Counted from the first letter of the stretch, positions 20,113 through 30,990 are shown. The stretch: DNA of 60,393 nucleotides from an uncultured virus (IMG/VR IMGVR_UViG_3300010296_000006) (IMGVR_UViG_3300010296_000006); one strand, 5' to 3'. The notes: generated by a model from the sequence alone, not told the origin. Numbers and translations: made by a program.

Positions 20113-23100
20113 TTAACTTAAAACTGCTCTTGGGAACCAATCATATCTTTGACTGATTATGTTTCCATTTCTTACCCATCTGCAGGCAGTAGGTGCAGTC
20201 CTCATATTATCTCCCCATACTGCAATAGCGCCTTCACTTACTCTGCCTGGAGGATTTGCTCTTCCTCTAGATGTGCTCCACGGTCCAGGACAATATGACA
20301 AAAATCCATAAAGATCAACATGGAATCTACACGGACCCATATAATATCTAGATTGCCCACGAGATCCAGAATCCCAACCAAACCCTTTTACACCTTGTTG
20401 AACACATACTTGTAAAAATCTTATTAGTATAGCTTGGTGGCTAGAGTTTCTACCATCTAATATAGTATTACCTTGATACAAATCAATATCTGCTGCATGA
20501 GCATATCCGCTTTCTCCATTAAATGTAACACAGTCGTGTCTTGTACTATTTCTCACTCTATTTCCGTTTGGATATCTTCCTTGCACTGCATTAGGGTGTC
20601 CTTTTGGTGCTTGACCTGCACTTGAAATATAGATTTTTGTAATACCTGCGGCAGCGGCGGCACGTCTAAGTATTCTTTCTAACTGCGGAGAAATATCAAA
20701 TCGTCTACTACATGCACGGTTTTGTTGTATAACTATATCTCCAGCATCGCCTGAAAGACTTCTACTTTCTGCGTTTGGATTTGTTTCTACATCGGATTCG
20801 CCTTCTGGCACAACTTCACCTCTTTCGATACGTACATCTGGATGAGGCGGTGAGCCAGGTTCTGTTCTTTCAACAAGTTCAAATGCATCTTGTGCTGCAA
20901 GATAGACTTCTTCAGCATAACGAACTCTAGTAGTTAGATTATGTCCGCCCGATCTTTCAAATGTAGCTTCAAAACTTCTAGCTGCTTCTGCAGGTGTTCT
21001 TGTTTCTCTTAGTTTTTCCAAAGTTTTTGCCCATGCTTCAGGAGATGTAGGATCTGTGATTTCCCAAATAAGGTAATCTAACTGCTCTTGTAAACTTGCT
21101 TCTAGAATATCTTTATTGTAACGTTCTCTAAACTTGCGTATTCTATCTCCTCGCCATTGCACAATACCTCTAGCACCTAAACCTCCGCCAGCGCCATTGT
21201 ATGCTTGTGGTCTGATTTCTGGATACGATTCAACTCGTATATTTCCTACAATACCTGCGGCTTGAGCATCTGTAAGATTTAGTTGTTGTTTTAGATAGTT
21301 AAACGCAAACTCAACATTATCGCTTAATCCAACTAGGTCTAAATCTACATCGTCTCCAATATCGCCTCCCTCGTCTAAAGGCTCAATAGCTCTGTTAGTT
21401 GTGGTGCTAACAGTTGTGTCTGCTGTGCCTCTATCTTTTCCAATATTGATAAATGTATCAGCAATAGGAGTTTTAAAACTATCTTCCGATGGTTGTCCAG
21501 CTTCAGTTCTTTCTGGTGTGTAAAGTAACGGATTTAAATTTTCATGTTGTGCCCATGGCTCATGCATTGGCTTACGAGCCAGCAAATCTGCTTCAAAAGG
21601 ATTTACCGGAGGAAGTGTAGCACACTGTGTTGCTTCTGAAGCAAAATATGCTTCTGGTGCAAACACAGTTACTTCTTCTGCTTGTATTGCTGCTGTACTG
21701 CCGCCTTCGTTTATACGGACATCAGTTGAGCCATCAATATAAACCGTATTACCATCTGAGTATAAACTTAATGCACCATTAGGATTTATTCGAATAGCTT
21801 GCGATGATTTTAGGTTCATATTGCCTTCGGCCCAAACATTATATGCAATAGGAGTAAAAAACTCAAATCCAAGATCTGCTGTGCTTTTATGCTTTCCATC
21901 AACTTGTGTATTCATGTTACTTTTTGTATGCAGATTCATTGTGCTTTCTGATCTAAGGTTCATTACAGCATTTGTGTTAATATTCATACGCTGTTGGCTA
22001 AACAAATGTAAATCAGCGTCAGTTGATGTTAAGAAAATACCTCCAGTACTCTTTAGATTAAAGTTCAATCCTGTGGTAAGATTAAAATTGTTTGCACTGT
22101 TTACATTAATATTTCTATCACTATCAATGCATATTTCGCCGCTTTCTGTAATGCCAATGCTTCCTGAATTTGCACTATGCGAAATGCCTGATTGAGCAGT
22201 ATCTGAAATAAATGTACCTGCATCGTGTGTTATACTATCACCGGCTTTGACTGCAAAAAACTCTCCTGATGTAGTGCTATGAGATTTTGATGTGCTATTT
22301 TTATATGTGCCGCCAATAACCATATTCATATTTCTACACTCAAAGTTGATATCTCTATCCGCACTGAAGTTTAAGTCGTTTTCAGAATGCACACTTATAC
22401 TGTCATTTGCATAAATGTCAATCTTGCCATTGCTGGTCATTTCAATCCAACTTGTTCCCCTGGCATTACCTATATAAATCAAATCTTCACTATTGTGTAA
22501 TAATATTTGATGTCCTGTACGAGTACGCATCCTAATCAATTCATTAGCAGGTATTGTTACATCGCCTTCAGTTGTTGAACCATATTCTCTATCAATATAT
22601 TCAGATGGAGTGCTGTCGGCAGGACCTACTCTTACAAACTTGTCGTCGCCGTCATCCATAACAATGCTACTGCCACCTAATCTACTACTTGGAACATTTA
22701 TTTCATTTTGCACAGTGCCAATATTAGTAGTAGGAGCGTTTGGTCTTTTGTCCATAGGACCAGGTGTGCTTACACCAAAAACCATGCTAGGAACTTCTCT
22801 TCTAGCACTTGTGCTTGTAGTTCCTCTAATATCATCAGCTAATAAACCTTGTTCGGTTAACGTTTCAATGAATAAATCGTTTCTTGGTTTAGGATAGTTA
22901 GTTGGCTGAGTTTCTCCTGAAGGATTAATAGTTGCTCTATTGTATTCTCCAACCGGTACTTTCAATCCTTCAGCAGCGGCTACTACTTCTGGTATTTCAC
23001 TTTGTAAATCAACATTACCAACTGTATTAAGTGTACTAGCCCTGCCATCAGGAATCATAAAGTTCATAAAATCATCTGGTACACATGCAAACCAATATCC

Positions 23101-23436
23101 AAAATCTCTTCTACCTTCTATGAGCATTACTAAAACTTTTGAACCCACATCAGGAGGAACAAACCACATGCCATAACTTTGTGTTGTTTCAGCATAGGTA
23201 GTTCCAGCTTTTAATCCTGTTTTAGGTGTACTGCCATAAAAAGGAGGAGCATAAAAACAACTAACTACTTCGTTTGTTGCTTGGTAATCGTCACCAGTAT
23301 CATTATAGGACAATAACTGAACTTGTAATGCACCCATAAACTTTTGATCAAGATGGGATACAATCCTGCCTATAAACGGTCCAGTATTGTATGATCTATC
23401 CGACGACCTGGCTGTTCTACGTTCTTGTGATCTCAT
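20113..23436 (-). CDS. gp5: gp5/VgrG-like baseplate spike with tail lysozyme and M15-like peptidase domains
   Basis: OB-fold motif SYGMWFVPPDVGSKVLV, RTRTGHQILLHNSEDLIYI and beta-helix repeats. Then AAGIVGNIRVES...GIVQW (phage tail lysozyme) and RHD...AADID...FHVD. Confidence 0.8.
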   Translation of the reverse strand: MRSQERRTARSSDRSYNTGPFIGRIVSHLDQKFMGALQVQLLSYNDTGDDYQATNEVVSCFYAPPFYGSTPKTGLKAGTTYAETTQSYGMWFVPPDVGSKVLVMLIEGRRDFGYWFACVPDDFMNFMIPDGRASTLNTVGNVDLQSEIPEVVAAAEGLKVPVGEYNRATINPSGETQPTNYPKPRNDLFIETLTEQGLLADDIRGTTSTSARREVPSMVFGVSTPGPMDKRPNAPTTNIGTVQNEINVPSSRLGGSSIVMDDGDDKFVRVGPADSTPSEYIDREYGSTTEGDVTIPANELIRMRTRTGHQILLHNSEDLIYIGNARGTSWIEMTSNGKIDIYANDSISVHSENDLNFSADRDINFECRNMNMVIGGTYKNSTSKSHSTTSGEFFAVKAGDSITHDAGTFISDTAQSGISHSANSGSIGITESGEICIDSDRNINVNSANNFNLTTGLNFNLKSTGGIFLTSTDADLHLFSQQRMNINTNAVMNLRSESTMNLHTKSNMNTQVDGKHKSTADLGFEFFTPIAYNVWAEGNMNLKSSQAIRINPNGALSLYSDGNTVYIDGSTDVRINEGGSTAAIQAEEVTVFAPEAYFASEATQCATLPPVNPFEADLLARKPMHEPWAQHENLNPLLYTPERTEAGQPSEDSFKTPIADTFINIGKDRGTADTTVSTTTNRAIEPLDEGGDIGDDVDLDLVGLSDNVEFAFNYLKQQLNLTDAQAAGIVGNIRVESYPEIRPQAYNGAGGGLGARGIVQWRGDRIRKFRERYNKDILEASLQEQLDYLIWEITDPTSPEAWAKTLEKLRETRTPAEAARSFEATFERSGGHNLTTRVRYAEEVYLAAQDAFELVERTEPGSPPHPDVRIERGEVVPEGESDVETNPNAESRSLSGDAGDIVIQQNRACSRRFDISPQLERILRRAAAAAGITKIYISSAGQAPKGHPNAVQGRYPNGNRVRNSTRHDCVTFNGESGYAHAADIDLYQGNTILDGRNSSHQAILIRFLQVCVQQGVKGFGWDSGSRGQSRYYMGPCRFHVDLYGFLSYCPGPWSTSRGRANPPGRVSEGAIAVWGDNMRTAPTACRWVRNGNIISQRYDWFPRAVLS

Positions 23437-25826
23437 TTTAATCCTTTGAATATGTTATCTATATCGTTTTTAAAGTTTTTGGCTAAATCGTTTATACCTG
23501 CAAGAGGGTCTCTTACAAATGCTAAGGTTTTTTGAATATTAGATTCTATTTGCCTTGCTTCTGAAATCAAGTTGTCAAACTTGTTTAAAACTTGATTTAG
23601 ATTTCCTGGAGCGATTTTAGCTAAACTTTCGATATTTAAATTTTGAAAATGCGTGTAGGCTTCTTGAAACTGTTGAGCTTTTTGTAATAGTGGTCTAAAC
23701 TCATTGTTTGCAACATTTGCAATGTCTTCTAACAACAAGTTATTGTTTACAGTGCTTGATACTCCATTTAGTATGTTCCTAATACGTAAAACACTTGCAG
23801 AGGGCTGATTTGCCATACGTAGTAAACTAAGTGTATTAGAGTACAAGCCGTTTGAAAAGTTAGTTGTATATGAAACAAGTTTGTATATACCACTAAACTG
23901 ATTTACTGGATCTAAGTGTAAAAGGTTACCATTATAATCTACTGCACTTTTGAAATCAACTAAAATAAAAACTTCGCCTCTTTGAAAATCTACAGTCCCG
24001 TCAATATTAGCGCCTTCGGGTCCTGCTTCTGCAGATCTATTTCTAGCATCGCTGTCATTTAAGTAAAACGGATCTCCCCAAATTTTTATTTCCAGTTCTA
24101 TATTATCTACATCACTATTCAAAATATTTGCATTAAAAATACGTGCAGCACGAACTGCGTTATCCTCCATGCCAGCGCCGCCGGATGCATCTAAAGGTAT
24201 AAAGTTAACTCTATTTGCTCTCATTATTCTACTAGTAGGACTTGACAAAGGTTGAACAGTAGGTGTATATTGATTATTATTTTGAAGATTCGTGATACTA
24301 CCGCCTTCTTGCACGTTAGTAGGAACATTTGCTGTGGTGGCAAGTTCTTTATAAAAACTGTTATCAATAGTAAAGGTAAAATCTAAAATATCAGCATTGT
24401 CTCCAGTATAACTATATCTATATGCTTTTTGAGCGTTGTCCATTGCATGAATATAGTTAAAATCAGTTGTTATTTGAGATACTGAACTAGCATGTACTCT
24501 ATACGGTGTTACTACATAAACAAGTTCATATGCAGGTCTACCAGAAACTTGGTCTTCTTGTACATCGGCTATAAAAGTTTTTGTAGATATTTTAAACCAA
24601 TTAACCATTTCATTAACAGGCACTTGTTGTAGTAAACTTTTACCATAATCACTTGTTAATATTACTTCTTCAATAATCCTTTCTATTTTCATTCCTGGAG
24701 TAAACTGAAATCTTCTTTCAGTTTCGCTTATTGACATTCCACCCCTTTGCCAAACTCTACGCTCCTCATTCCAGATAATCCTATTATCGCCGAAATCATT
24801 AATACCAAAATCATTAAAGTTGTTTACAATAGCACTATTTCCTATCTCATTTAGAGATGGATTAAATGCAGCACGAGCTCTTGATGTTCTTTGAGCAGCT
24901 ATTTCTTGTTCTTGTGCAAGTCTTTCATTAGGATCCAATGAGCTAAATCTAGCAAATCCTCCTCCTATCGATTCATGAAACTCTCTAAGTTCTTCATCTG
25001 TTGACAATCCGCTCACTCTGCTGTTACGAACTGAATTAATTTGTTGTTGTATGTCTATTCCTCTTTGAGCATCTTCACCTGATTGTATTGCTGCTGTGTA
25101 AGTATTTTCGCCACCTGTTACATTAGACACATCAGAAGGAAACTCTATTCTATATGCATCAGGTCTAACTACAAGTCCTTGTTGAGATTTTTGGTATTCT
25201 TGTCTGTTTAGTTCTGTTACAAATCCATTTAAAACTTCACCTACTGTAGCACCAGAAAATGTAGTAGTGGTTCTAGTGTTTTGAAATGTATCTGTAAATG
25301 CTACATGATTGTACGGAATGGCGTTAAGATTATACACACTACCTGATGCTTCAACTGAAAACTTCATATCTACTAGTTTTAAACAAATACACGATCCAGG
25401 AATAACTGATACTGATCCTGAATCATCGTATCCTACGAATTCACAAGCAAGCATAAATGGAGCATTTAAATAATTTGTATGATTAACTTGAGCAGCCGCG
25501 ATTGCTAAAGACTGAAAAAACAATCCTACACTGTAAGGCTCAGTTATAGTGAAATCTGCTTGTATCACATTACCATAGCCAGTACCAGGATTAGGTTGAT
25601 GCAAGTATTCTACATTGACATCTTCGATAAAATATTCAACATTTACACCTAGTGCTTGTTCTACAGCAGTTGTAATAGTTTTATCAGGAAATCCTCCAGT
25701 TTCTATTAAAGCTACACCACTGTTAAATCCTATATCACCAGTATTAAACTCGTCTTGAGATAATACAGAAAGTCTCCAGCGATAGTTGTAAGAAACAAAT
25801 CTATGTAGAGGATTTGGTATGCTCAT
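23433..25826 (-). CDS. Baseplate hub protein (gp27/GPD-like)
   Basis: Lies between gp53-like and gp5-like genes. N-terminal NPLHRFVSYNY; C-terminal LEIKIWGDPFYL...FSGIYKLVSYTTNFSNG. Confidence 0.65.
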   Translation of the reverse strand: MSIPNPLHRFVSYNYRWRLSVLSQDEFNTGDIGFNSGVALIETGGFPDKTITTAVEQALGVNVEYFIEDVNVEYLHQPNPGTGYGNVIQADFTITEPYSVGLFFQSLAIAAAQVNHTNYLNAPFMLACEFVGYDDSGSVSVIPGSCICLKLVDMKFSVEASGSVYNLNAIPYNHVAFTDTFQNTRTTTTFSGATVGEVLNGFVTELNRQEYQKSQQGLVVRPDAYRIEFPSDVSNVTGGENTYTAAIQSGEDAQRGIDIQQQINSVRNSRVSGLSTDEELREFHESIGGGFARFSSLDPNERLAQEQEIAAQRTSRARAAFNPSLNEIGNSAIVNNFNDFGINDFGDNRIIWNEERRVWQRGGMSISETERRFQFTPGMKIERIIEEVILTSDYGKSLLQQVPVNEMVNWFKISTKTFIADVQEDQVSGRPAYELVYVVTPYRVHASSVSQITTDFNYIHAMDNAQKAYRYSYTGDNADILDFTFTIDNSFYKELATTANVPTNVQEGGSITNLQNNNQYTPTVQPLSSPTSRIMRANRVNFIPLDASGGAGMEDNAVRAARIFNANILNSDVDNIELEIKIWGDPFYLNDSDARNRSAEAGPEGANIDGTVDFQRGEVFILVDFKSAVDYNGNLLHLDPVNQFSGIYKLVSYTTNFSNGLYSNTLSLLRMANQPSASVLRIRNILNGVSSTVNNNLLLEDIANVANNEFRPLLQKAQQFQEAYTHFQNLNIESLAKIAPGNLNQVLNKFDNLISEARQIESNIQKTLAFVRDPLAGINDLAKNFKNDIDNIFKGLK

Positions 25827-26126
25827 TTAGGCTCCTAGTAATCTATCAAGATAACTTTTCTTTGGTAACTTTATTTCTGTTCCTGCTATAAAATCAAATA
25901 TAGGATCTTTGAGAACTTCCATATTACGATTTGTAAACACCCACCAAAGTTTTGAGTTTTGATAAAGGTCATAAGCTAATAAATCTGGTCTAAAGTTATA
26001 TTGAGGTTGTATAACATAGTTTATATCATTATCTTCTCCAACAATAGGAATATGAATGTAATATTCAAGACTATTTCTTCCTATTCTAGTTAGCTGATAA
26101 GGACTTGTTGAAGGATATTGTGCCAT
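25827..26126 (-). CDS. gp53: gp53/tail-X LysM-like baseplate protein
   Basis: RPDLLAYDLYQNSKLWWVF...DPIFDF..G..IKLP. Confidence 0.8.
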   Translation of the reverse strand: MAQYPSTSPYQLTRIGRNSLEYYIHIPIVGEDNDINYVIQPQYNFRPDLLAYDLYQNSKLWWVFTNRNMEVLKDPIFDFIAGTEIKLPKKSYLDRLLGA

Positions 26127-26998
26127 TAAATAAATCCTCCTCTAGATGGGTCAGTGATATATGCACCATTAGCAAAACTATCTAAACTAAACTGTCTAGT
26201 AATATCTCTGCTGTATGCAGGTTGGACTGTTATGTTTAATGTGCTTAGTACAGGTACATAAGTATATGTTCCAGCAGCAGATTGTTCGCCAATTTCACTT
26301 TGTGCAATAGGAACTTTTATATAATCAACATCTCTTGGCAAATCTACGCTAAACATTTTAACAATAACTGGAGTTCTTTGAAAAACAAAATCTCCATATC
26401 CACTCAGTGCTACTCTTGGTGGTGGGGCACCTTTAGCACTACCAGTGCCATAAAACATTTTTGTTATAGTTCTTAAAAAATGAACACTAGCTATCCAGTA
26501 TCTTCCATCTGCTTCGTTTTCTACAGGAAACTCGCCGGTGATAGTTATGTCTTCAACTTGACTGTTTTGATAAACAGGGTACGGATAGTTAGTATGTGTA
26601 GGGGCCAGCATCTGATAGTTTGCACTATGTGTAACAAGTATCTGAGGAGTTGTTGGAAAAACCATACTAGAGTTACTGTTTCTTAAAGGTGCAAAAATAC
26701 TAGACGAAAACATACCTTGAGGATTTGCTGGTAAATGTAACCTCACACGCCAATCTTCTCCAATGCCATTATCAGCTAAAAAACTAGCACTTTGAATCAC
26801 TGGAGTCAACGGTTCTGCACCAGGTGGTAAAGTTCCTCTCCTTACAGTTGATATTAAACCAAACGGATCGTCAATAAAATCGTCAAATGTATTTTTTATA
26901 TTTTTTACTCTATCAACAGTTGTGTTTACCGAGCCAATAACTCCACTAACTTTGTTTGTAACATCTTTAACTGTATCAAGAAAATTCCAAAAACTCAT
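26126..26998 (-). CDS. Tail tube initiator (gp48/gp54-like)
   Basis: FPTTPQI...A.Y....PTHTNY...YQNSQVEDITITGEF...GAPPP...LSGYG..VF..PVIV; position upstream of gp53. Confidence 0.65.
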   Translation of the reverse strand: MSFWNFLDTVKDVTNKVSGVIGSVNTTVDRVKNIKNTFDDFIDDPFGLISTVRRGTLPPGAEPLTPVIQSASFLADNGIGEDWRVRLHLPANPQGMFSSSIFAPLRNSNSSMVFPTTPQILVTHSANYQMLAPTHTNYPYPVYQNSQVEDITITGEFPVENEADGRYWIASVHFLRTITKMFYGTGSAKGAPPPRVALSGYGDFVFQRTPVIVKMFSVDLPRDVDYIKVPIAQSEIGEQSAAGTYTYVPVLSTLNITVQPAYSRDITRQFSLDSFANGAYITDPSRGGFI

Positions 26999-27021
26999 AG
27001 CATATCTCCTATAGTATTTAG

Positions 27022-27055
27022 TTGACTTTTTTAAGTACGTAGTTTATAATAAATA
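27022..27055 (+). promoter_or_regulatory. Sigma70-type promoter TTGACT-17-TATAAT with an overlapping ATAAATA late motif
   Basis: TTGACT 27022-27, TATAAT 27045-50 (17-nt spacer), ATAAATA 27049-55. A divergent CTAAATA on the minus strand (27015-21) serves the tail operon. Confidence 0.8.
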
Positions 27056-27072
27056 TAGTCTTAGGAGCAAAA

Positions 27073-27897
27073 ATGGCTAGAAAAGTAAATTATTTAAACA
27101 ATAAAGACATGCTTACAGAGATACACAAATCTAAAAATACATTTTGCAGTTTTGTTGATCCTGAATACGCAAACTACGATATTATAGTACAAAATATAGA
27201 TAAAATTAACGTTAGAACTATTGCAGAAGCTAAGAAAAATCGTGCAAAACAGTTAACCAATAAAAAATACGAATACGAAAAATCACTTGGTAATAAAATA
27301 AAGTTAGCAGATTGCGAATATGATTATAAAAAAGTACAAAAAACTGATTTAATTTTTCGTGTTATGACGTTTGACCATGTTCCAGAAGAACCAGGACGCA
27401 AGAAAAACCCTAAAACCGTTGCAGATCATAAAACAAAACTTAATTTTCCTCCGTTCCAACACTACAAGTTTGATGAAAACGACGAACTTATTTGTGTAGG
27501 TAAAAGTCATTGGACAGGCGGTATGGAAAATGGACATTTTGAGAAAAACTCAGGCCGAGCAACTAATAAGTTAGCAATGATGTGGTTAAAACTTGTAGAT
27601 CGTTATGCAACAAGAGGAAATGTACGTGGTTACACATACAATGACGAAATGAAAGGTCAGGCAATCTTACAACTTTCACAGATTGGATTGCAGTTTGATG
27701 AAGCTAAGTCACAAAATCCATTTGCATATTACACAGCAGCAGTAACAAACAGTTTTGTGCGTGTTATTAACTTAGAAAAACGCAATCAAAACATAAGAGA
27801 TGACATTTTAGAAATGAACAATCTTAACCCAAGTCATACTAGATTACATTCAGGCGAGTGGGAAGCCGCTCAACGAAGAGAAAACGAAGGAAAATAA
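27073..27897 (+). CDS. gp55: Late-transcription sigma factor
   Basis: NYLNNKDML; RGYTYNDEM...LQFDEAKSQNPFAYYT..VTNSFVRVINLEKRNQ. Adjacent to gp47/gp46 as in T4-like phages. Confidence 0.85.
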   Translation: MARKVNYLNNKDMLTEIHKSKNTFCSFVDPEYANYDIIVQNIDKINVRTIAEAKKNRAKQLTNKKYEYEKSLGNKIKLADCEYDYKKVQKTDLIFRVMTFDHVPEEPGRKKNPKTVADHKTKLNFPPFQHYKFDENDELICVGKSHWTGGMENGHFEKNSGRATNKLAMMWLKLVDRYATRGNVRGYTYNDEMKGQAILQLSQIGLQFDEAKSQNPFAYYTAAVTNSFVRVINLEKRNQNIRDDILEMNNLNPSHTRLHSGEWEAAQRRENEGK

Positions 27898-27901
27898 TCA
27901 G

Positions 27902-27930
27902 TTGACTTTGTTTTATCAGTGTTTTACAAT
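27902..27930 (+). promoter_or_regulatory. Sigma70-type promoter TTGACT-17-TACAAT
   Basis: TTGACT 27902-07, TACAAT 27925-30, upstream of gp47. Confidence 0.75.
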
Positions 27931-27953
27931 ATAACTAAACACGGAGTATAAGT

Positions 27954-28967
27954 TTGTTTAAAAAAGCAGCAGTATTTACTGACATTCATTTTGGTATGAA
28001 GGGCAATAGTCGTGTCCATAACCAAGATTGCGAAGATTTTGTAGATTGGTACATTGAAACAGCAAAACAAAACGGTTGCGAAACTGGTATTTTTTGTGGA
28101 GATTGGAATCACAACAGGAACAGTCTTAACTTAACCACTATGGATGCAGGTATCCGCAGTTTAGAAAAGTTAGGTGCTGCATTTGATAAGTTTTATATGT
28201 TTTCTGGCAATCATGACTTATATTACAAAGACAAACGAGATATTAAAAGTACAGAATGGGCAAAACACATACCCGGTATTACAGTTGTTGACAATATGTT
28301 GCAAATAGACGATGTTGCATTAGTTCCATGGATGGTAAATGATGAATGGAAACAAGTTGCTGCCATTGATTGCAAATACATGTTTGGACATTTTGAGTTG
28401 CCAAACTTTTTAATGAATGCAATGGTTAGAATGCCTGATCATGGTGAACTCAAAGCAGAAAACTTGAGTAAACCTGAGTATGTATTCAGTGGACACTTCC
28501 ATAAACGCCAAAATCAAAAGAATGTACATTACATTGGTAATGCTTTTCCGCACAACTATGCAGATGCTTGGGATGATGACCGTGGTATGATGATATTGGA
28601 CCGTGAAAATGCAGAAGAACCAGAATATATCAACTGGCCAAACTGTCCAAAGTACCGTACAGTTAAACTATCACAGTTGATTGACGAGAAAGATAGTTTG
28701 ATCAAACCAAATATGTACTTGAGAGTAACTCTTGATTTACCTATTAGTTTTGAAGAAGCTAACTTTATTAAAGAAACATTTATAAAAGATTATAAATGCA
28801 GAGAAATTACGCTTATTCCACAAAAAAACTTAGAAGAAATGAGTTCTGAATTAGATATTGAACACTTCGAAAGCGTTGATCAAATAGTAAGTAATGAAAT
28901 TTTAGCAATAGATAGCGATAACTTTGATAAATCATTACTTTTAAAAATATACAATGAGTTAGAATGA
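27954..28967 (+). CDS. gp47: Recombination nuclease subunit (Mre11/SbcD-like)
   Basis: Metallophosphoesterase motifs DIHFG, GD, GNHD, GHF, GHFH. TTG start with a GGAG RBS. Confidence 0.92.
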   Translation: MFKKAAVFTDIHFGMKGNSRVHNQDCEDFVDWYIETAKQNGCETGIFCGDWNHNRNSLNLTTMDAGIRSLEKLGAAFDKFYMFSGNHDLYYKDKRDIKSTEWAKHIPGITVVDNMLQIDDVALVPWMVNDEWKQVAAIDCKYMFGHFELPNFLMNAMVRMPDHGELKAENLSKPEYVFSGHFHKRQNQKNVHYIGNAFPHNYADAWDDDRGMMILDRENAEEPEYINWPNCPKYRTVKLSQLIDEKDSLIKPNMYLRVTLDLPISFEEANFIKETFIKDYKCREITLIPQKNLEEMSSELDIEHFESVDQIVSNEILAIDSDNFDKSLLLKIYNELE

Positions 28968-30742
28968 TAAAACTTAAAGATCTTACAGTAAAAAACTTTA
29001 TGAGCGTGGGTAATATTACTCAAGCAGTTGACTTTAACGAAGAACAGTTGACACTTGTACTTGGTGAGAACCTAGATCAAGGCGGTGACGACACCGGATC
29101 ACGCAATGGTACAGGTAAAACAACTATTATTAATGCACTATCCTATGCATTGTACGGTCAAGCACTAACAAACATTAAACGTAATAACTTAATCAACAAA
29201 ACTAATAGCAAAGGTATGTTAGTTACACTAAACTTTGAGAAAAATAACACTCAGTACCGTATCGAACGTGGTAGATCACCTAATATACTCAAGTTTTTTG
29301 TAAACAATCAAGAACAAACTGACGAACTCGACGATAACAGTCAAGGTGATAGTCGTAAAACACAAGAAACTATTGGCGATTTATTGAATATGAGTCATGA
29401 TATGTTCAAACATATTGTTGCACTTAATACCTATACTGAGCCTTTCTTGAGTATGCGTACAAATGACCAAAGAGCTATTATCGAGCAGCTATTAGGCATA
29501 ACAATTTTAAGTGATAAAGCAACATCTTTAAAAGATATTGTAAAAGAAACGAAAGATCGCATTACAGAAGAAACATTACGCATCGATGCTATCAATTCTA
29601 GCAACGAAAAAATACAAAACAGCATTAATTCGTTAATCAACAGACAAAAAGCATGGAAAAGCAAACAAAAAAGCGACATTGAACGATTAGATCAAGCTAT
29701 TTCAGAATTAGAACAACTAGATATCGATAAAGAGTTAGAAAATCACCAAAAGTTGGTGGATTGGACTGAACTTAATAACAAAATAACAAGTTTTAACAAA
29801 GAAAAATCTACTTTAGAGAGTGCTTTGATGCGAGCAACTAAAAGTGTTGACAAAGCAAGCAAAGATATTGCAGATTTAGATGATGCTACTTGTTATACAT
29901 GCGGTCAAGCACTGCATGAAGACAAAAAGGCGGAGATTCTTGCAACTAAAACCAAAGATTACCAAGATTCTATGGCATATCAAACAGAAGTTGCTGATAA
30001 ACTCGAAGATGTAGTTAAAAATCTCAACGATATTGGTAATATTAACGGAAAACCTAATACTTTCTACGAAACTGCTAAAGAAGCATACGAACACAGAAAC
30101 AACGTAGATAACTTAAAGCAAGCTAAGATAAGTAAACAGCAAGAAGAAGATCCATATCAGGCACAAGTTGATGATTTAACCAATACAGCGTTACAAGAAG
30201 TTGATTGGTCTACAGTAAACGAACTTAATAACTTAAAAGAACACCAAGAGTTTCTCCTAAAACTCCTGACTAACAAAGATTCTTTCATTAGAAAGAAGAT
30301 TATTGACCAAAACTTGGCATATTTAAACGCAAGGCTCACATATTACCTAGATAAAATAGGCTTACCGCATCAAGTGGTGTTCCAAAACGACTTAAATGTT
30401 GAGATTACACAACTTGGTCAGGACTTAGACTTTGATAACTTGTCAAGAGGCGAACGTAACAGACTAATACTTGGACTTTCGTTTGCATTCCGTGACGTTT
30501 GGGAGTCATTGTACCAAAATATCAACTTGTTGTTTATAGATGAGTTAATCGATAGCGGCATGGACACTGCTGGTGTGGAAAATAGTATAGGCATACTCAA
30601 GAAAATGACTAGAGAGCGTAACAAAAACGTTTTCTTGATTAGTCATAAGGACGAATTAGTCGGTAGAGTTAACAATGTGTTAAAAGTTGTTAAGGAAAAC
30701 GGCTTTACCAGCTATGCAAACGACATTGATATTATAGAATGA
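28964..30742 (+). CDS. gp46: Recombination ATPase subunit (Rad50/SbcC-like)
   Basis: Walker A NGTGKT, coiled coil with CYTCG zinc hook, signature LSRGE, Walker B LFIDE, ISH. Confidence 0.93.
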   Translation: MIKLKDLTVKNFMSVGNITQAVDFNEEQLTLVLGENLDQGGDDTGSRNGTGKTTIINALSYALYGQALTNIKRNNLINKTNSKGMLVTLNFEKNNTQYRIERGRSPNILKFFVNNQEQTDELDDNSQGDSRKTQETIGDLLNMSHDMFKHIVALNTYTEPFLSMRTNDQRAIIEQLLGITILSDKATSLKDIVKETKDRITEETLRIDAINSSNEKIQNSINSLINRQKAWKSKQKSDIERLDQAISELEQLDIDKELENHQKLVDWTELNNKITSFNKEKSTLESALMRATKSVDKASKDIADLDDATCYTCGQALHEDKKAEILATKTKDYQDSMAYQTEVADKLEDVVKNLNDIGNINGKPNTFYETAKEAYEHRNNVDNLKQAKISKQQEEDPYQAQVDDLTNTALQEVDWSTVNELNNLKEHQEFLLKLLTNKDSFIRKKIIDQNLAYLNARLTYYLDKIGLPHQVVFQNDLNVEITQLGQDLDFDNLSRGERNRLILGLSFAFRDVWESLYQNINLLFIDELIDSGMDTAGVENSIGILKKMTRERNKNVFLISHKDELVGRVNNVLKVVKENGFTSYANDIDIIE

Positions 30743-30987
30743 TTGAAGATGACACACATGATAAACTTGTAAAGGCATATCTTGATTATTTTGCCTTGAA
30801 TGAAGAGTTTCAACAACGTCCTGCTGAGTTAAAACGTAGAAAAGTTAGGAAAAAACTTATTGAAATAACAAAGTTGTGCAGAATTAGGCGAGAAGAAATA
30901 CTACAAGAACATATTAGGCATGTAAAAGACGGCAGAGCAAAGAATAATCCAAAAAAGGCACGTGAAGCAAATCCAAAAAATAACTAA
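30739..30987 (+). CDS. Small basic helical protein (possibly Hc1/histone-H1-like DNA binding)
   Basis: 82 aa, Arg/Lys-rich, coupled to the gp46 stop. The family assignment is only a weak resemblance. Confidence 0.55.
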   Translation: MIEDDTHDKLVKAYLDYFALNEEFQQRPAELKRRKVRKKLIEITKLCRIRREEILQEHIRHVKDGRAKNNPKKAREANPKNN

Positions 30988-30990
30988 TGT

